Shown here piece after piece: positions 20,105 to 31,684 of a stretch of DNA of 64,000 nt (position 1 is its first letter; the number at the start of each line of letters is the position of its first letter). The notes beneath the pieces are model-generated. The model ran no database searches. It was given only the letters and a program-made list of their open reading frames with translations, and was not told the DNA's origin. Where the stretch lies: contig CAVUKB010000001.1 of the NCBI GenBank assembly GCA_963741955.1, positions 288,001-352,000 on the forward strand, in the 5' to 3' direction. Origin of the DNA: an uncultured Acidobacteriota bacterium (GTDB lineage Bacteria; Acidobacteriota; Thermoanaerobaculia; Gp7-AA8). A program made the position numbers and the translations under genes.

Positions 20105-21436
20105 TCAGAAGTACCTTTGGTCGTCGCGGAGGAAGGCGGCGAACCCTTCCCGGTCTCGGGAAGCCTTCGCGATCCGGGCGACTCCTTCCTTCAGGTCGTC
20201 CATCCCGGTCGCGATGGAGAGCCGGAGGAAATGCATCCCCTCGGTACCAATGCGTCCGAACGAGCGACGGTCCATCGTTGCGACCTGGTAGCGGAAGAGA
20301 AGGAAGAGCTGGAACAGCGTCGAAGGGCTGCTCTTCTCGCGAATCTCCGCCGGAAGCGATTCCCAGGCTTCAACGGCGCCGATGCTGTGGCAGACGCCCC
20401 CGATATTCGGGAAGACGTAGAAGGCTCCGCGCGGCATCTGGCAGCTGATTCCGTCGATGGCGTTGAGCCCTGCCACCACGACGTCGCGTCGCGCCTGGAA
20501 GGCGTCGACCATCCGCTTGATCTCGCCCGCGCTCTCCGGTGAAGTGATCGCGAGCGCGGCGCCGAGCTGGTTGTATCCCGCGGTGCACGAGAAGTAGTTG
20601 ATGTTCAGATTCTTGAAGACCGCCGCTTCTTCCTTCGTCGGGAAGACTGCCCACCCGATCCGTCCGCCGGTCCAGGAGTACGACTTCGAGACGCCGGAGA
20701 CCAGGATCGTGCGCTCCGCCATTCCGTCGAGCGATGCGATCGAGACGTGTTGGAGACCGTCGAACACGATGTGCTCGTAGACCTCGTCGGAGTAGACGCG
20801 GACGCCCGCAGGCGCTTTCTTCCGGATCACCTCCGCGATCTCCTCGAGCTGCGCGCGAGTGGCGACGCCGCCGGTGGGATTGGAGGGGAAGTTGATGTAG
20901 ATCAGCTTCGTGCGCGGCGTGATCAGCGGTTCCAGATCCCGGGCGGTGAAGCTGAACCCCTTCTCTTCACGGAGATGAAGCGGCACCGGTGTCGCGCCGA
21001 TGTAGCGGATGAACGACTCGTAGATCGGGAATCCCGGACTCGGATAGATGATCTCGTCGCCGGGATTGCAGTAGGTCTGCTGGCAGAAGCCGATCGGCGG
21101 TTTCGCTCCTGGAAAGACGACCACGCGGTCCGGAGTGATCTCGATGCCGCGCTGCGCGCCCATCGATTCGGCGACCGCCTTGCGGAGCGGGAGGAGACCC
21201 TGCGGATCCACGTAGTGGGTCATGTCGTTGTCGATCTGCCGCTTGACCTCTTCGCGGATGTGCCGCGGCAGCGGGAAATCGGGCTCGCCGAGATTGCAGC
21301 GGATGACGCGGGTCCCGCGGGCTTCCACTTCGGCGATGTAGGGTCCGACCTTGAAGGCGTTCTCGGTGTCGATCAGGCGGACCCGATCGGCGAAGATGGG
21401 GCGGGTGTCCGCAGGTGCGGTGAGCGTGTTCGTCAT
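20105..21436 (-). CDS. PLP-dependent aminotransferase class I/II (AspC-like)
   Basis: GEPDF, PSNPTG, SDEVY, SKSYSWTGGRIGW, GAFYVF; GGAGGAG SD. Confidence 0.92.
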   Translation of the reverse strand: MTNTLTAPADTRPIFADRVRLIDTENAFKVGPYIAEVEARGTRVIRCNLGEPDFPLPRHIREEVKRQIDNDMTHYVDPQGLLPLRKAVAESMGAQRGIEITPDRVVVFPGAKPPIGFCQQTYCNPGDEIIYPSPGFPIYESFIRYIGATPVPLHLREEKGFSFTARDLEPLITPRTKLIYINFPSNPTGGVATRAQLEEIAEVIRKKAPAGVRVYSDEVYEHIVFDGLQHVSIASLDGMAERTILVSGVSKSYSWTGGRIGWAVFPTKEEAAVFKNLNINYFSCTAGYNQLGAALAITSPESAGEIKRMVDAFQARRDVVVAGLNAIDGISCQMPRGAFYVFPNIGGVCHSIGAVEAWESLPAEIREKSSPSTLFQLFLLFRYQVATMDRRSFGRIGTEGMHFLRLSIATGMDDLKEGVARIAKASRDREGFAAFLRDDQRYF

Positions 21437-21605
21437 GATCAGCATCTCCTCCAGCCGTCTCGTGGATCCCGACAGCGGCCGTGTCGAGAGCCGTAGTCAC
21501 CGGGCCCCAGGCCAGCCGGATCCGGCCCGGCGTTACGCCAGGTGCGGCCCTCCGTCTATCGAAGAATCCGGACCGAGCCGTGCTGCCCGATTCCGTCCAT
21601 GACGA

Positions 21606-21648
21606 ATGATTACAGAGGTTTCCCGGAAGCCCAGTGGCAGCCGTCACA
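21606..21648 (-). promoter_or_regulatory. Candidate Crp/Fnr class II promoter of the aminotransferase-transketolase operon
   Basis: Minus strand TGTGA-N6-CCACT (21648-21633) centred at -41.5 relative to TG-n-AATCAT (21614-21606). Confidence 0.45.
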
Positions 21649-21677
21649 ATGGTTTGTGATCGGGGCGAGCCGACGGC

Positions 21678-21844
21678 CTAGGAGTCTGCGCGGTAGGAAC
21701 GTCCGTAGCGAGAAAGCGGAGCGGCGAGGCCAAATTCGTTCGGATTTGAGGTGCGTAGCGGTGGCTACTCGCCGAAAATCCGGACGGATTTGGACCGCTG
21801 ATCCGTTTTCGCAGTAGGACAGTTTCTATCGCGCAGACTCCTAG
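21678..21844. mobile_element. MITE-like 167-bp fold-back element bounded by CTAG
   Basis: CTAGGAGTCTGCGCGGTAGGAA...TTTCTATCGCGCAGACTCCTAG terminal inverted repeats; the interior is also self-complementary; no ORF. Confidence 0.7.
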
Positions 21845-21873
21845 CTGCAGGAGAATCTCGAGAAATCGTGGCG

Positions 21874-23511
21874 TCATCGGATGTAGCCGAGCGAACGCAG
21901 CGACTGGTAGTACTCACGATCCACGGGGACTCCGGAGTCGCGCGTGTCTCGGCTGCCATAGGTCGGGATCTCGGGAGGGGCAGCGCCCTCCGCGATCGCC
22001 GACCCGGGCATCTCGGCAGAGGTCGGAAATCCAAAGAGCTGGAGGATGGTGGGACCGAGGTCCCACGGCGAGCTCGCGTGCCGCAGCGGGATGGTCGAGG
22101 CAAGAATCGACGAGCCGCTGGTCGTACTGCCGGGCGAGCCGATCACGATGACCTCGTAACCGCGACGCCTGCTCTCCGCGACCAGGTGCGAGACGCCGTC
22201 GAGGATGGTGACCGATGCCGCGAGACGGCGTGGCGGATCGAGGTCCAGCCGGTTGAGGACGATGTCGAGCGCCGGCAGATAAATGGTCGCGAATCGAGGA
22301 TCCTGCTTCTCGATCGCAGACTCGAGCCGGGAGACTGCGAGCCGATCGATCTCGAGCGCGAGCGGCGAAGGATCACTCGTTCGCCGCCGCGCCGCCCGGA
22401 AGATCGACTCCTGACTCATCACCCGGAGGTTGGGAGCATTCGTCTCGCCCGCGGACCACCAGTTCACGGCGACGCTCGGCACACCGTGTCTGGCGAGGAT
22501 CTCCCAGACGTAATCGCGGCGGCGGACGGTCGGCGGAAGGGGTTGAGTGCGGGTCAGGTGGAGCGTGGCGCCGAGCCGCCCCAGGATCGGATCGGCGGCC
22601 GACCTCGCCTGGATGATCGGTCCTCCCGTGGCGATGCGAACGCCTTCGATCGACTGAACGCGGTGGAGCCGCTCGGGAGTGCCCGTTCCGATCGACGCCC
22701 ATCGCTCGGCGGAGGAGAGTGCATCGAGATCACCGAGTGCGGAGCGGTGAGGCAGCTGGCGGCCGAGGTCTTCGCGTGCGGCGAAAACATCCGATGTCAG
22801 CCCGTCGACTGCGATGACGACCAGCCGTACCCGCGTCGGAGTCACCGAGACCTGCGAAGGCGCCTTGAGTGAGTCGCTCTCCCGCTGCAGTTGCGGAGGG
22901 AGGAGGAGGGCCGTGACCACTCCGATCCCGATCAGCAGGATCGGTATCAGTCTCGAGCGCCGGTGGATCGACGGGATCTTTCCCGTCTCGTGAATGGAAA
23001 AAGAGAGAAACGCCGCGGAGAAGACGAGCGTGCCGATCACGAAGAGAATCAGCACCAGAATGCCGCCGACGATCGCCTCCACGGCCGTGGAGGCGGAAGG
23101 GAACCGCGACCACCAGAACCAGATTGCGCCGACCACGATCGCCGCAACCGCGGCAGAGACGGCGAGAAGCGCGACAGGACTTTCCACGGTGATGGACGGG
23201 CGGAGCTTCAGGGTGAGCGCGGTCAGGAGGATCAACGCGAAGATCGAGGCGGAATCGATCAGGAAGTATCCAGCGCCGAGGATTGCGGCCTCCCGGAGCG
23301 GGAGATGGTTGCGCATCAGCATCACGCCGAGCATCGGAAACATTGCGAATGCGCCCACCAGGACGGAGGCCTTGAATCCGAGGAGCGTGAGCTCGGTCCA
23401 GAAGGTTCTCGACCGCCAGGGGTCGAGAGCGAACCAGCGCTCGAGTCCGCGGGTGAGATAGCCGAGCTCGCGCAGCTGTCTCCTGAGCTGATCGATCGGG
23501 ACGTCCGACAT
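21874..23511 (-). CDS. Membrane protein with a C-terminal alkaline-phosphatase-superfamily-like domain
   Basis: About 5 N-terminal TMs, then VVIAVDGL, WASIGTG..H, VWEIL..VNWW and DLGPTILQLFG..MPG. Confidence 0.75.
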   Translation of the reverse strand: MSDVPIDQLRRQLRELGYLTRGLERWFALDPWRSRTFWTELTLLGFKASVLVGAFAMFPMLGVMLMRNHLPLREAAILGAGYFLIDSASIFALILLTALTLKLRPSITVESPVALLAVSAAVAAIVVGAIWFWWSRFPSASTAVEAIVGGILVLILFVIGTLVFSAAFLSFSIHETGKIPSIHRRSRLIPILLIGIGVVTALLLPPQLQRESDSLKAPSQVSVTPTRVRLVVIAVDGLTSDVFAAREDLGRQLPHRSALGDLDALSSAERWASIGTGTPERLHRVQSIEGVRIATGGPIIQARSAADPILGRLGATLHLTRTQPLPPTVRRRDYVWEILARHGVPSVAVNWWSAGETNAPNLRVMSQESIFRAARRRTSDPSPLALEIDRLAVSRLESAIEKQDPRFATIYLPALDIVLNRLDLDPPRRLAASVTILDGVSHLVAESRRRGYEVIVIGSPGSTTSGSSILASTIPLRHASSPWDLGPTILQLFGFPTSAEMPGSAIAEGAAPPEIPTYGSRDTRDSGVPVDREYYQSLRSLGYIR

Positions 23512-23633
23512 TCCGCCGATGCTAACGCAGCACGGCGCCGAAAGCTGCCCGCCCGCGGTGCTTTTTCTCTCCGCAACCGCCTGAGAAAGAGGAATTTCGC
23601 TCTTTGGGCGGCGTTCTCAATCCCGGAACCACA

Positions 23634-24509
23634 ATGGAGCTGAACCTCCCTCAGGGCCTCCCTGAATCTGCCGATCGTCCGACCACTCAGCCGTCCCCCG
23701 AACCTCGTGGAGTGTGGAAGCTCCTGTCGGGATCGCTGGTGGTCCTCGGTCTGCTCGCGCTCAAGCTGAAGGCGCTCGTGATCATCCTTTTCGGAGAGAT
23801 GAGGCTCTTCTTCGTCAATCCTTTCGAGGGATTCGGAGCGGCGCAGTTCGCATGGACGGGGGGTTCGATGCTGGCCTCCGTCATCGCGTATGCGGTGAAA
23901 ATGAGGCTTCCGTTCGCAGTGGGATTCGTGGTGGTGACAGTGATCCACGAGCTCGGACACGCGGTGATGATCCGGAGAAAAGGACTGAGGGCGGGAGCGA
24001 TCGTCTTCATCCCATTCGTCGGCGGCGCGGTGACTCTGAAGGATCAGCCGCACTCGGCGTTCGACGATGCGCAGATCGGCCTGGCGGGCCCGATCGCGGG
24101 GGCGATCGCATCGCTCGTGTCGCTCTGGATCTACGACGCGACCGGAAATCCGCTCTATCTCGCGATCTCATTCGCAGGCTTCATCCTCAATCTCTTCAAC
24201 CTTCTTCCTCTCGGGCCGCTCGACGGAGGAAAGATCTCCGCCGCGATCACGAAATGGACGTGGGTCCTCGGCGGACTGATTCTGCTGGCGCTGATGCTGA
24301 TCTACCGGAGCCCGATTCTGTCGGTCATCGTCGTGTTGAGCGTGATTCAGGTCTACCGGGCCATCCGCGAGGAGAGGAATGGCAGTTTCTACGACGTGCG
24401 GTTCTCGCAGAGGCTGGCGATCGCGGTGGTGTACTTCCTTCTGGTCGCACTCCTGGTCACGGCGGCGATGTTGACCTATGGGCAGCTCGCGATCCTGCAG
24501 GGACGCTGA
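23634..24509 (+). CDS. Site-2 protease (M50 family)
   Basis: HELGH, AGP and NLLPLGPLDGG motifs; multiple TMs. Confidence 0.92.
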   Translation: MELNLPQGLPESADRPTTQPSPEPRGVWKLLSGSLVVLGLLALKLKALVIILFGEMRLFFVNPFEGFGAAQFAWTGGSMLASVIAYAVKMRLPFAVGFVVVTVIHELGHAVMIRRKGLRAGAIVFIPFVGGAVTLKDQPHSAFDDAQIGLAGPIAGAIASLVSLWIYDATGNPLYLAISFAGFILNLFNLLPLGPLDGGKISAAITKWTWVLGGLILLALMLIYRSPILSVIVVLSVIQVYRAIREERNGSFYDVRFSQRLAIAVVYFLLVALLVTAAMLTYGQLAILQGR

Positions 24510-24695
24510 TTCGCGGCCTCGTGGGCGAATCGGGATTCTTGGCGGCCCTGTTTCCGTTTGATAGGCTTGGTATTCCGCCCCCGGTCCGAATCGAATCCGG
24601 ACCGCAGACACATCCTGTGTCGGCCCGGGCGGGGTTTCGCCGGTCTCGCGGCCTCCGGGCCGGGTGCGGCCGGCGGGTAAGAGGGAAGTGAAGGA

Positions 24696-27437
<2,742 letters not shown>

Positions 27438-27464
27438 ACTTCGCATTCGCCGGACCGGCTGTGA

Positions 27465-27494
27465 GAGAGGACAGGAACGCTCCTGTCCTCTTTT
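27465..27494 (+). terminator. Intrinsic terminator after secA
   Basis: GAGGACAGGA-ACGC-TCCTGTCCTC-TTTT. Confidence 0.85.
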
Positions 27495-27542
27495 CATTGC
27501 GTATACTCGACAGATAACCCAGCAGAATCAGAAGGCGGTGCG

Positions 27543-28559
27543 ATGGAAGCGCTGAACGAAGAGGGAACCCGTGCATCCGATCCGGTAACGGAGGGGTCCG
27601 ATGCGATCGCCCGGCGAAGAGCGGGGCGGACATTCGGCGACTACATCGGTCTGTATGTCCGCGGTTTCTGCATGGGGTCGGCCGACGTCGTGCCGGGCGT
27701 CTCCGGCGGAACGATGGCCTTCATCCTCGGGATCTACGAGGAGCTCATCCTCTCGATCCGCGCCGTCGCGCGTCCGGAGTTCCTCCGGCCACTGCTGACC
27801 TTCCGCTGGGGTAAGGCCCAGCGCGTGCTGAACTGGCCTTTCCTTCTGGCGGTCCTGGCCGGAATCGCAACTGCAGTCCTGACCCTCGCGAAGGGTCTGG
27901 CCTGGATGCTCGTGCACCAGCCGATCCTGGTCTGGAGCTTCTTCTTCGGACTGGTCCTGGCGTCGGTGGTGACGGTCAGCCGCAGGGTGAAGAGATGGAC
28001 GGCGCTGCTCGCGTTTCTCGTCGCTGCTGGAGCGGTCGGTGCCTACATCTTCGTCGGACTGGTTCCGGTGCAGACCCCCGAGACGTGGTGGTTTCTCTTT
28101 CTCAGCGGCGCGGTGGCGATCTGCGCGATGATCCTGCCGGGAATCTCGGGCGCATTCGTACTGGTGCTGCTCGGTAAGTACCAGCACGTTCTCGCTGCGG
28201 TGAACGACCGCGATCTCGGATATCTCTTCTTCATCTGTCTGGGCGCGATGGTGGGGATCGTCACGTTCGCGCAGGTGCTCGGCTGGCTTTTCCGCAAATT
28301 CCACGACCCGACTGTGGCCGTCCTCACCGGCCTGATGCTCGGAAGTCTCCGGAAAGTGTGGCCGTGGAAGGTGCAGTCGGGGTTCATCATCGGAAGCCAC
28401 GGAAAGAGGATCCCGACGGTCGAGAACAACGTGCTCCCCCCGTTCATGGTTCACGGGACCTTCAATCGTGAGATCGCCGTGGCCATCGGCCTGGCGGTTC
28501 TCGGGCTGGTCGTGGTCCTGGTGCTCGAATGGTGGGCGAACCGGAAGGAGGCGTCGTGA
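27543..28559 (+). CDS. DUF368 membrane protein (undecaprenyl-phosphate translocase family)
   Basis: MGSADVVPGVSGGTMAFILGIYE and AMILPGISG re-entrant motifs. Confidence 0.9.
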   Translation: MEALNEEGTRASDPVTEGSDAIARRRAGRTFGDYIGLYVRGFCMGSADVVPGVSGGTMAFILGIYEELILSIRAVARPEFLRPLLTFRWGKAQRVLNWPFLLAVLAGIATAVLTLAKGLAWMLVHQPILVWSFFFGLVLASVVTVSRRVKRWTALLAFLVAAGAVGAYIFVGLVPVQTPETWWFLFLSGAVAICAMILPGISGAFVLVLLGKYQHVLAAVNDRDLGYLFFICLGAMVGIVTFAQVLGWLFRKFHDPTVAVLTGLMLGSLRKVWPWKVQSGFIIGSHGKRIPTVENNVLPPFMVHGTFNREIAVAIGLAVLGLVVVLVLEWWANRKEAS

Positions 28560-30124
28560 CGGAGGGAATCCGTTCGACGGGCGGAGGGAGGCTCGCGCGG
28601 CGGTACCATGTCGTGATCCTCGGCGGCGCGTTCAGCGGCGCGTCCGCGGCGATCCTCCTGCGGCGCGAGCTACCCCAGCTGAAGGTGCTGATCGTCGAGA
28701 AGGCCGAACGGTTCGACGAGAAGGTCGGCGAAGCGACCACCGAGCTCGCGGCAATGTTCCTCACCCGTCGGCTCGCCCTCTGGGAGCACCTGCGGACGAA
28801 CCATCTCCCGAAGGAAGGTTTGCGTTACTGGTTCGGCAACGAGAAGGTCTCCCGTCATGCCGAAGCGACCGAGAGCGGAGGGGATCTCCGCAGCGCGGTT
28901 CCGTCGTTCCAGCTCCGGCGCGACGTGCTCGACGAACACCTTCTCGCCACGGCGGTCCGCGAAGGTGCGGATCTGTTGCGTCCTGCGCGCGTGACCGACG
29001 TCAGGATCGGAGAATTCGATCACGAAGTCTCGGTCGAGTCGGGTGATGGGACGATCTCCATCTCGTGCGACTGGGTACTGGATGCGAGCGGCCGCGCGAA
29101 CATCGTGGGGCGGAAACTCGGGTTGATCGAGCGCAACGAGGCGCATCCCGTGGCCGCGATGTGGGGCCGATGGCGCAAAGTCCGCGACATCGACGACATC
29201 GCCGCGCGGGAAGGTGGCGAATTCGCAGCGCGCAATGTCGGCTCCCGCCGGCTCGCGACGAATCACTACATGGGGCGTGGTTACTGGGTCTGGGTCATAC
29301 CCCTCGGGAACGGCGAGACGAGTATCGGTGTGGTCTGGGACCGCCGGCTGGTCGGGCTCCACGAGAGTGGCCACCGCAAGGCCGACTACGTCACCTTCCT
29401 CACCGCGATACCCGCGCTGCGCGAATTGCTCGCCGGCGCGGAGATGCGGGCCGAGGACCTCCGTTTCTATTCGCACCTGGCGTATTCGACGAAGGAGTAC
29501 ATGGGGAAGGGATGGGCGCTGCTGGGAGATGCGGCAGTCTTTCTCGATCCGTACTATTCACCCGGTCTCGACCACGCGGCGTTCTCCATCGAAGCCACGG
29601 TGGAGATCATCAGGAAGTGGGCGGAGGAAGAGGACGTCTCGAGGTCGATCGCCGAGCACAACGCGACGTTCATCCGCTCGTACCGTCGCTTCTTCGAAGC
29701 GGTCTACCGCGGCAAGTACTTCTACATGGGCGAAGCGGACCTGGTCACTGCGTCGTTCCTTCTCGACACCGCTCATTACTACATCTTCGTGGTGATTCCT
29801 GCGTACCGGATCTTCAAGCGCTTTCACTGGATGCCGGTGCTCGGTCCGGCGGGCGCGTTCTTCAGCTACCGTCTGATGCGGCTGTACAACCGCCGCTTCG
29901 TCGCTCTCGCGGAGCGCCGGCGCCGCACCGGCAGCGAGGGCCGACGGAACCACGGCCGGAGAATCCGCGCGTGGTTCGATCTCCGCTTCGGCCCGATGTG
30001 GATGCTCCTGCGCGGTCTGAAGCTGTGGCTCTACGCGGAGCTCGACGGAGTGCGGCTCCGCTTCCGCCGGAATACCGAACCGGATGAGGTTCGCGGCGAA
30101 GAAGAGATCGAAGCGCGAGGTTGA
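28556..30124 (+). CDS. Flavin-dependent halogenase-like oxidoreductase
   Basis: ILGGAFSG, KVGEAT, PKEG, WVWVIP, GDAAVFLDPYYSPG; GTGA overlap with DUF368. Confidence 0.8.
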   Translation: MTEGIRSTGGGRLARRYHVVILGGAFSGASAAILLRRELPQLKVLIVEKAERFDEKVGEATTELAAMFLTRRLALWEHLRTNHLPKEGLRYWFGNEKVSRHAEATESGGDLRSAVPSFQLRRDVLDEHLLATAVREGADLLRPARVTDVRIGEFDHEVSVESGDGTISISCDWVLDASGRANIVGRKLGLIERNEAHPVAAMWGRWRKVRDIDDIAAREGGEFAARNVGSRRLATNHYMGRGYWVWVIPLGNGETSIGVVWDRRLVGLHESGHRKADYVTFLTAIPALRELLAGAEMRAEDLRFYSHLAYSTKEYMGKGWALLGDAAVFLDPYYSPGLDHAAFSIEATVEIIRKWAEEEDVSRSIAEHNATFIRSYRRFFEAVYRGKYFYMGEADLVTASFLLDTAHYYIFVVIPAYRIFKRFHWMPVLGPAGAFFSYRLMRLYNRRFVALAERRRRTGSEGRRNHGRRIRAWFDLRFGPMWMLLRGLKLWLYAELDGVRLRFRRNTEPDEVRGEEEIEARG

Positions 30125-30134
30125 GTGCACAAAC

Positions 30135-30983
30135 TCAGTCCGGCAGCGGAATCTCCGCATCGGGAGTGGGCCCGACACTGAGTGTTCTCCACGCGATCGC
30201 AGCGAGGACGATCGCTCCTCCGATCACCGCCCAGGGCGTGGGACGCTCACCGAGGAAGAGGAAGACCCAGATCGGATTCGAGACCGGCTCGATCATGCCG
30301 GTGAGCGAGGCCTGAGTCGCAGTGACGTGCTCGAGGCCGGCGACGAAGAGCGCGTAGGCGGCGCCGATCTGAAAGATCCCCAGAAAGAGAAGGACTCCGG
30401 CGGATTTCGGTGTCAGCGCGAGATCGCTCGTGATGAACGGGAGGATCGCCACGGCGGCGACGACATTTCCCCACGTCACGGCCGATTGCGCCGCTTCGCC
30501 GCGCTCGCGCCGGAGCGAGATCACCAGGATGGCGAAGAAAATGCTCGAGAGGAGAGCCATCAGGTTCCCGGCCATCCCCCGCGCTTCGAATCTCCCGACG
30601 AAGAAGAGCGCCATTCCCCCGAGCGCCGTCGCGATGGCGATCACGTCTTTCCCCCGCCACTTCTCGTTCAGAAAAAGAGGAGAGAAGAGGAGCACCCAGA
30701 CCACCGCCGCGTACTGGAGGAAGATCGCGTTCGCCGCGGTCGTCCACTTGGTCGCGATGACGAACGTGGTCAGGCATGCGGCGTAGCTGACGATGGCGGT
30801 GAAGAACGCGAAAGTGAATCGGAAGTACCGCGGACGGAAGAAGACGAAGAGCGCGATCGCGGCGAAGAGTGAACGATAGAACGCGACCTTCAACGCGGGG
30901 TCTGCAACGGCTTTGATGCCGATTCCGCCGGTGGACCAGAGAAGCGCCGCACCGATGACGAGAAGAATGCCGCGTCTTTCCAT
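30135..30983 (-). CDS. EamA/DMT family transporter
   Basis: About 10 TMs, LLWSTGG, IEPV..FLGE. Confidence 0.9.
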   Translation of the reverse strand: MERRGILLVIGAALLWSTGGIGIKAVADPALKVAFYRSLFAAIALFVFFRPRYFRFTFAFFTAIVSYAACLTTFVIATKWTTAANAIFLQYAAVVWVLLFSPLFLNEKWRGKDVIAIATALGGMALFFVGRFEARGMAGNLMALLSSIFFAILVISLRRERGEAAQSAVTWGNVVAAVAILPFITSDLALTPKSAGVLLFLGIFQIGAAYALFVAGLEHVTATQASLTGMIEPVSNPIWVFLFLGERPTPWAVIGGAIVLAAIAWRTLSVGPTPDAEIPLPD

Positions 30984-31033
30984 CAGATCTCTGTTTCCCC
31001 TTCCCGCCCGATGATCGATATCCAAAGCCGGTT

Positions 31034-31639
31034 TCAGATGCTCTCGATGATCGCTCCGCCGGTGCGCATCTCCTCAATCGCGCGAGCAACGTCTCCGGGA
31101 CTCAGCTCGACGCCGCGGCAGCCATCGATCACCACGTGCGTCGTGAAGCCGAGTTGCAACGCGTCGAGTGCCGAGTAGCGGACGCAGTAGTCCGTTGCCA
31201 GTCCTGCGAGCCAGACATCCGTGACTCCTTCCGCGCGGAGGAAGTCGCCGAGGCCGGTCGCTTTGAGGTGACGGTTGTCGAAGAAGGCGGAGTAGCTGTC
31301 GATCGACGGGTCGGTTCCCTTCCGGAAGACGCGGGCGATGCGGGTGCGGTCGAGCCTCTCGTCGAATTCGGCACCGCGGGAACCCTGAACGCAGTGGTCG
31401 GGCCAGAGCACCTGCGGGAATCCGTCGAGGTCGATCACGTTGCCGGGCTTCTCTCCCGGATGGTTCGACGCGAAGCTCGCGTGATTCGGGGGATGCCAGT
31501 CCTGCGTCGCGAGAACCAGCTCGAATCGCGGCTGGAGGCGGTTGGCGATCGGAACGACCAGATCGCCTTCCGGTACGGCGAGACTCCCTCCCGGCAGAAA
31601 ATCGTTCTGGATGTCGATGAGAATCAGTGCCTCACTCAT
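31034..31639 (-). CDS. pncA: Nicotinamidase/pyrazinamidase
   Basis: DIQNDF, TQDWHP, WPDHCVQ, KG..DSYSAF, GLATDYCV. Confidence 0.95.
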   Translation of the reverse strand: MSEALILIDIQNDFLPGGSLAVPEGDLVVPIANRLQPRFELVLATQDWHPPNHASFASNHPGEKPGNVIDLDGFPQVLWPDHCVQGSRGAEFDERLDRTRIARVFRKGTDPSIDSYSAFFDNRHLKATGLGDFLRAEGVTDVWLAGLATDYCVRYSALDALQLGFTTHVVIDGCRGVELSPGDVARAIEEMRTGGAIIESI

Positions 31640-31684
31640 GTCCGGCTCCCGGCTCGATGGTGATGCTGCTCGTCGGGTGACCGG

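Noticed and set aside
21619-21640. Cobalamin riboswitch (minus strand GCCACTGGG..GGGAA)
   Set aside because: Other core elements were not found, and the upstream sequence is the fold-back element; an Infernal search would settle it
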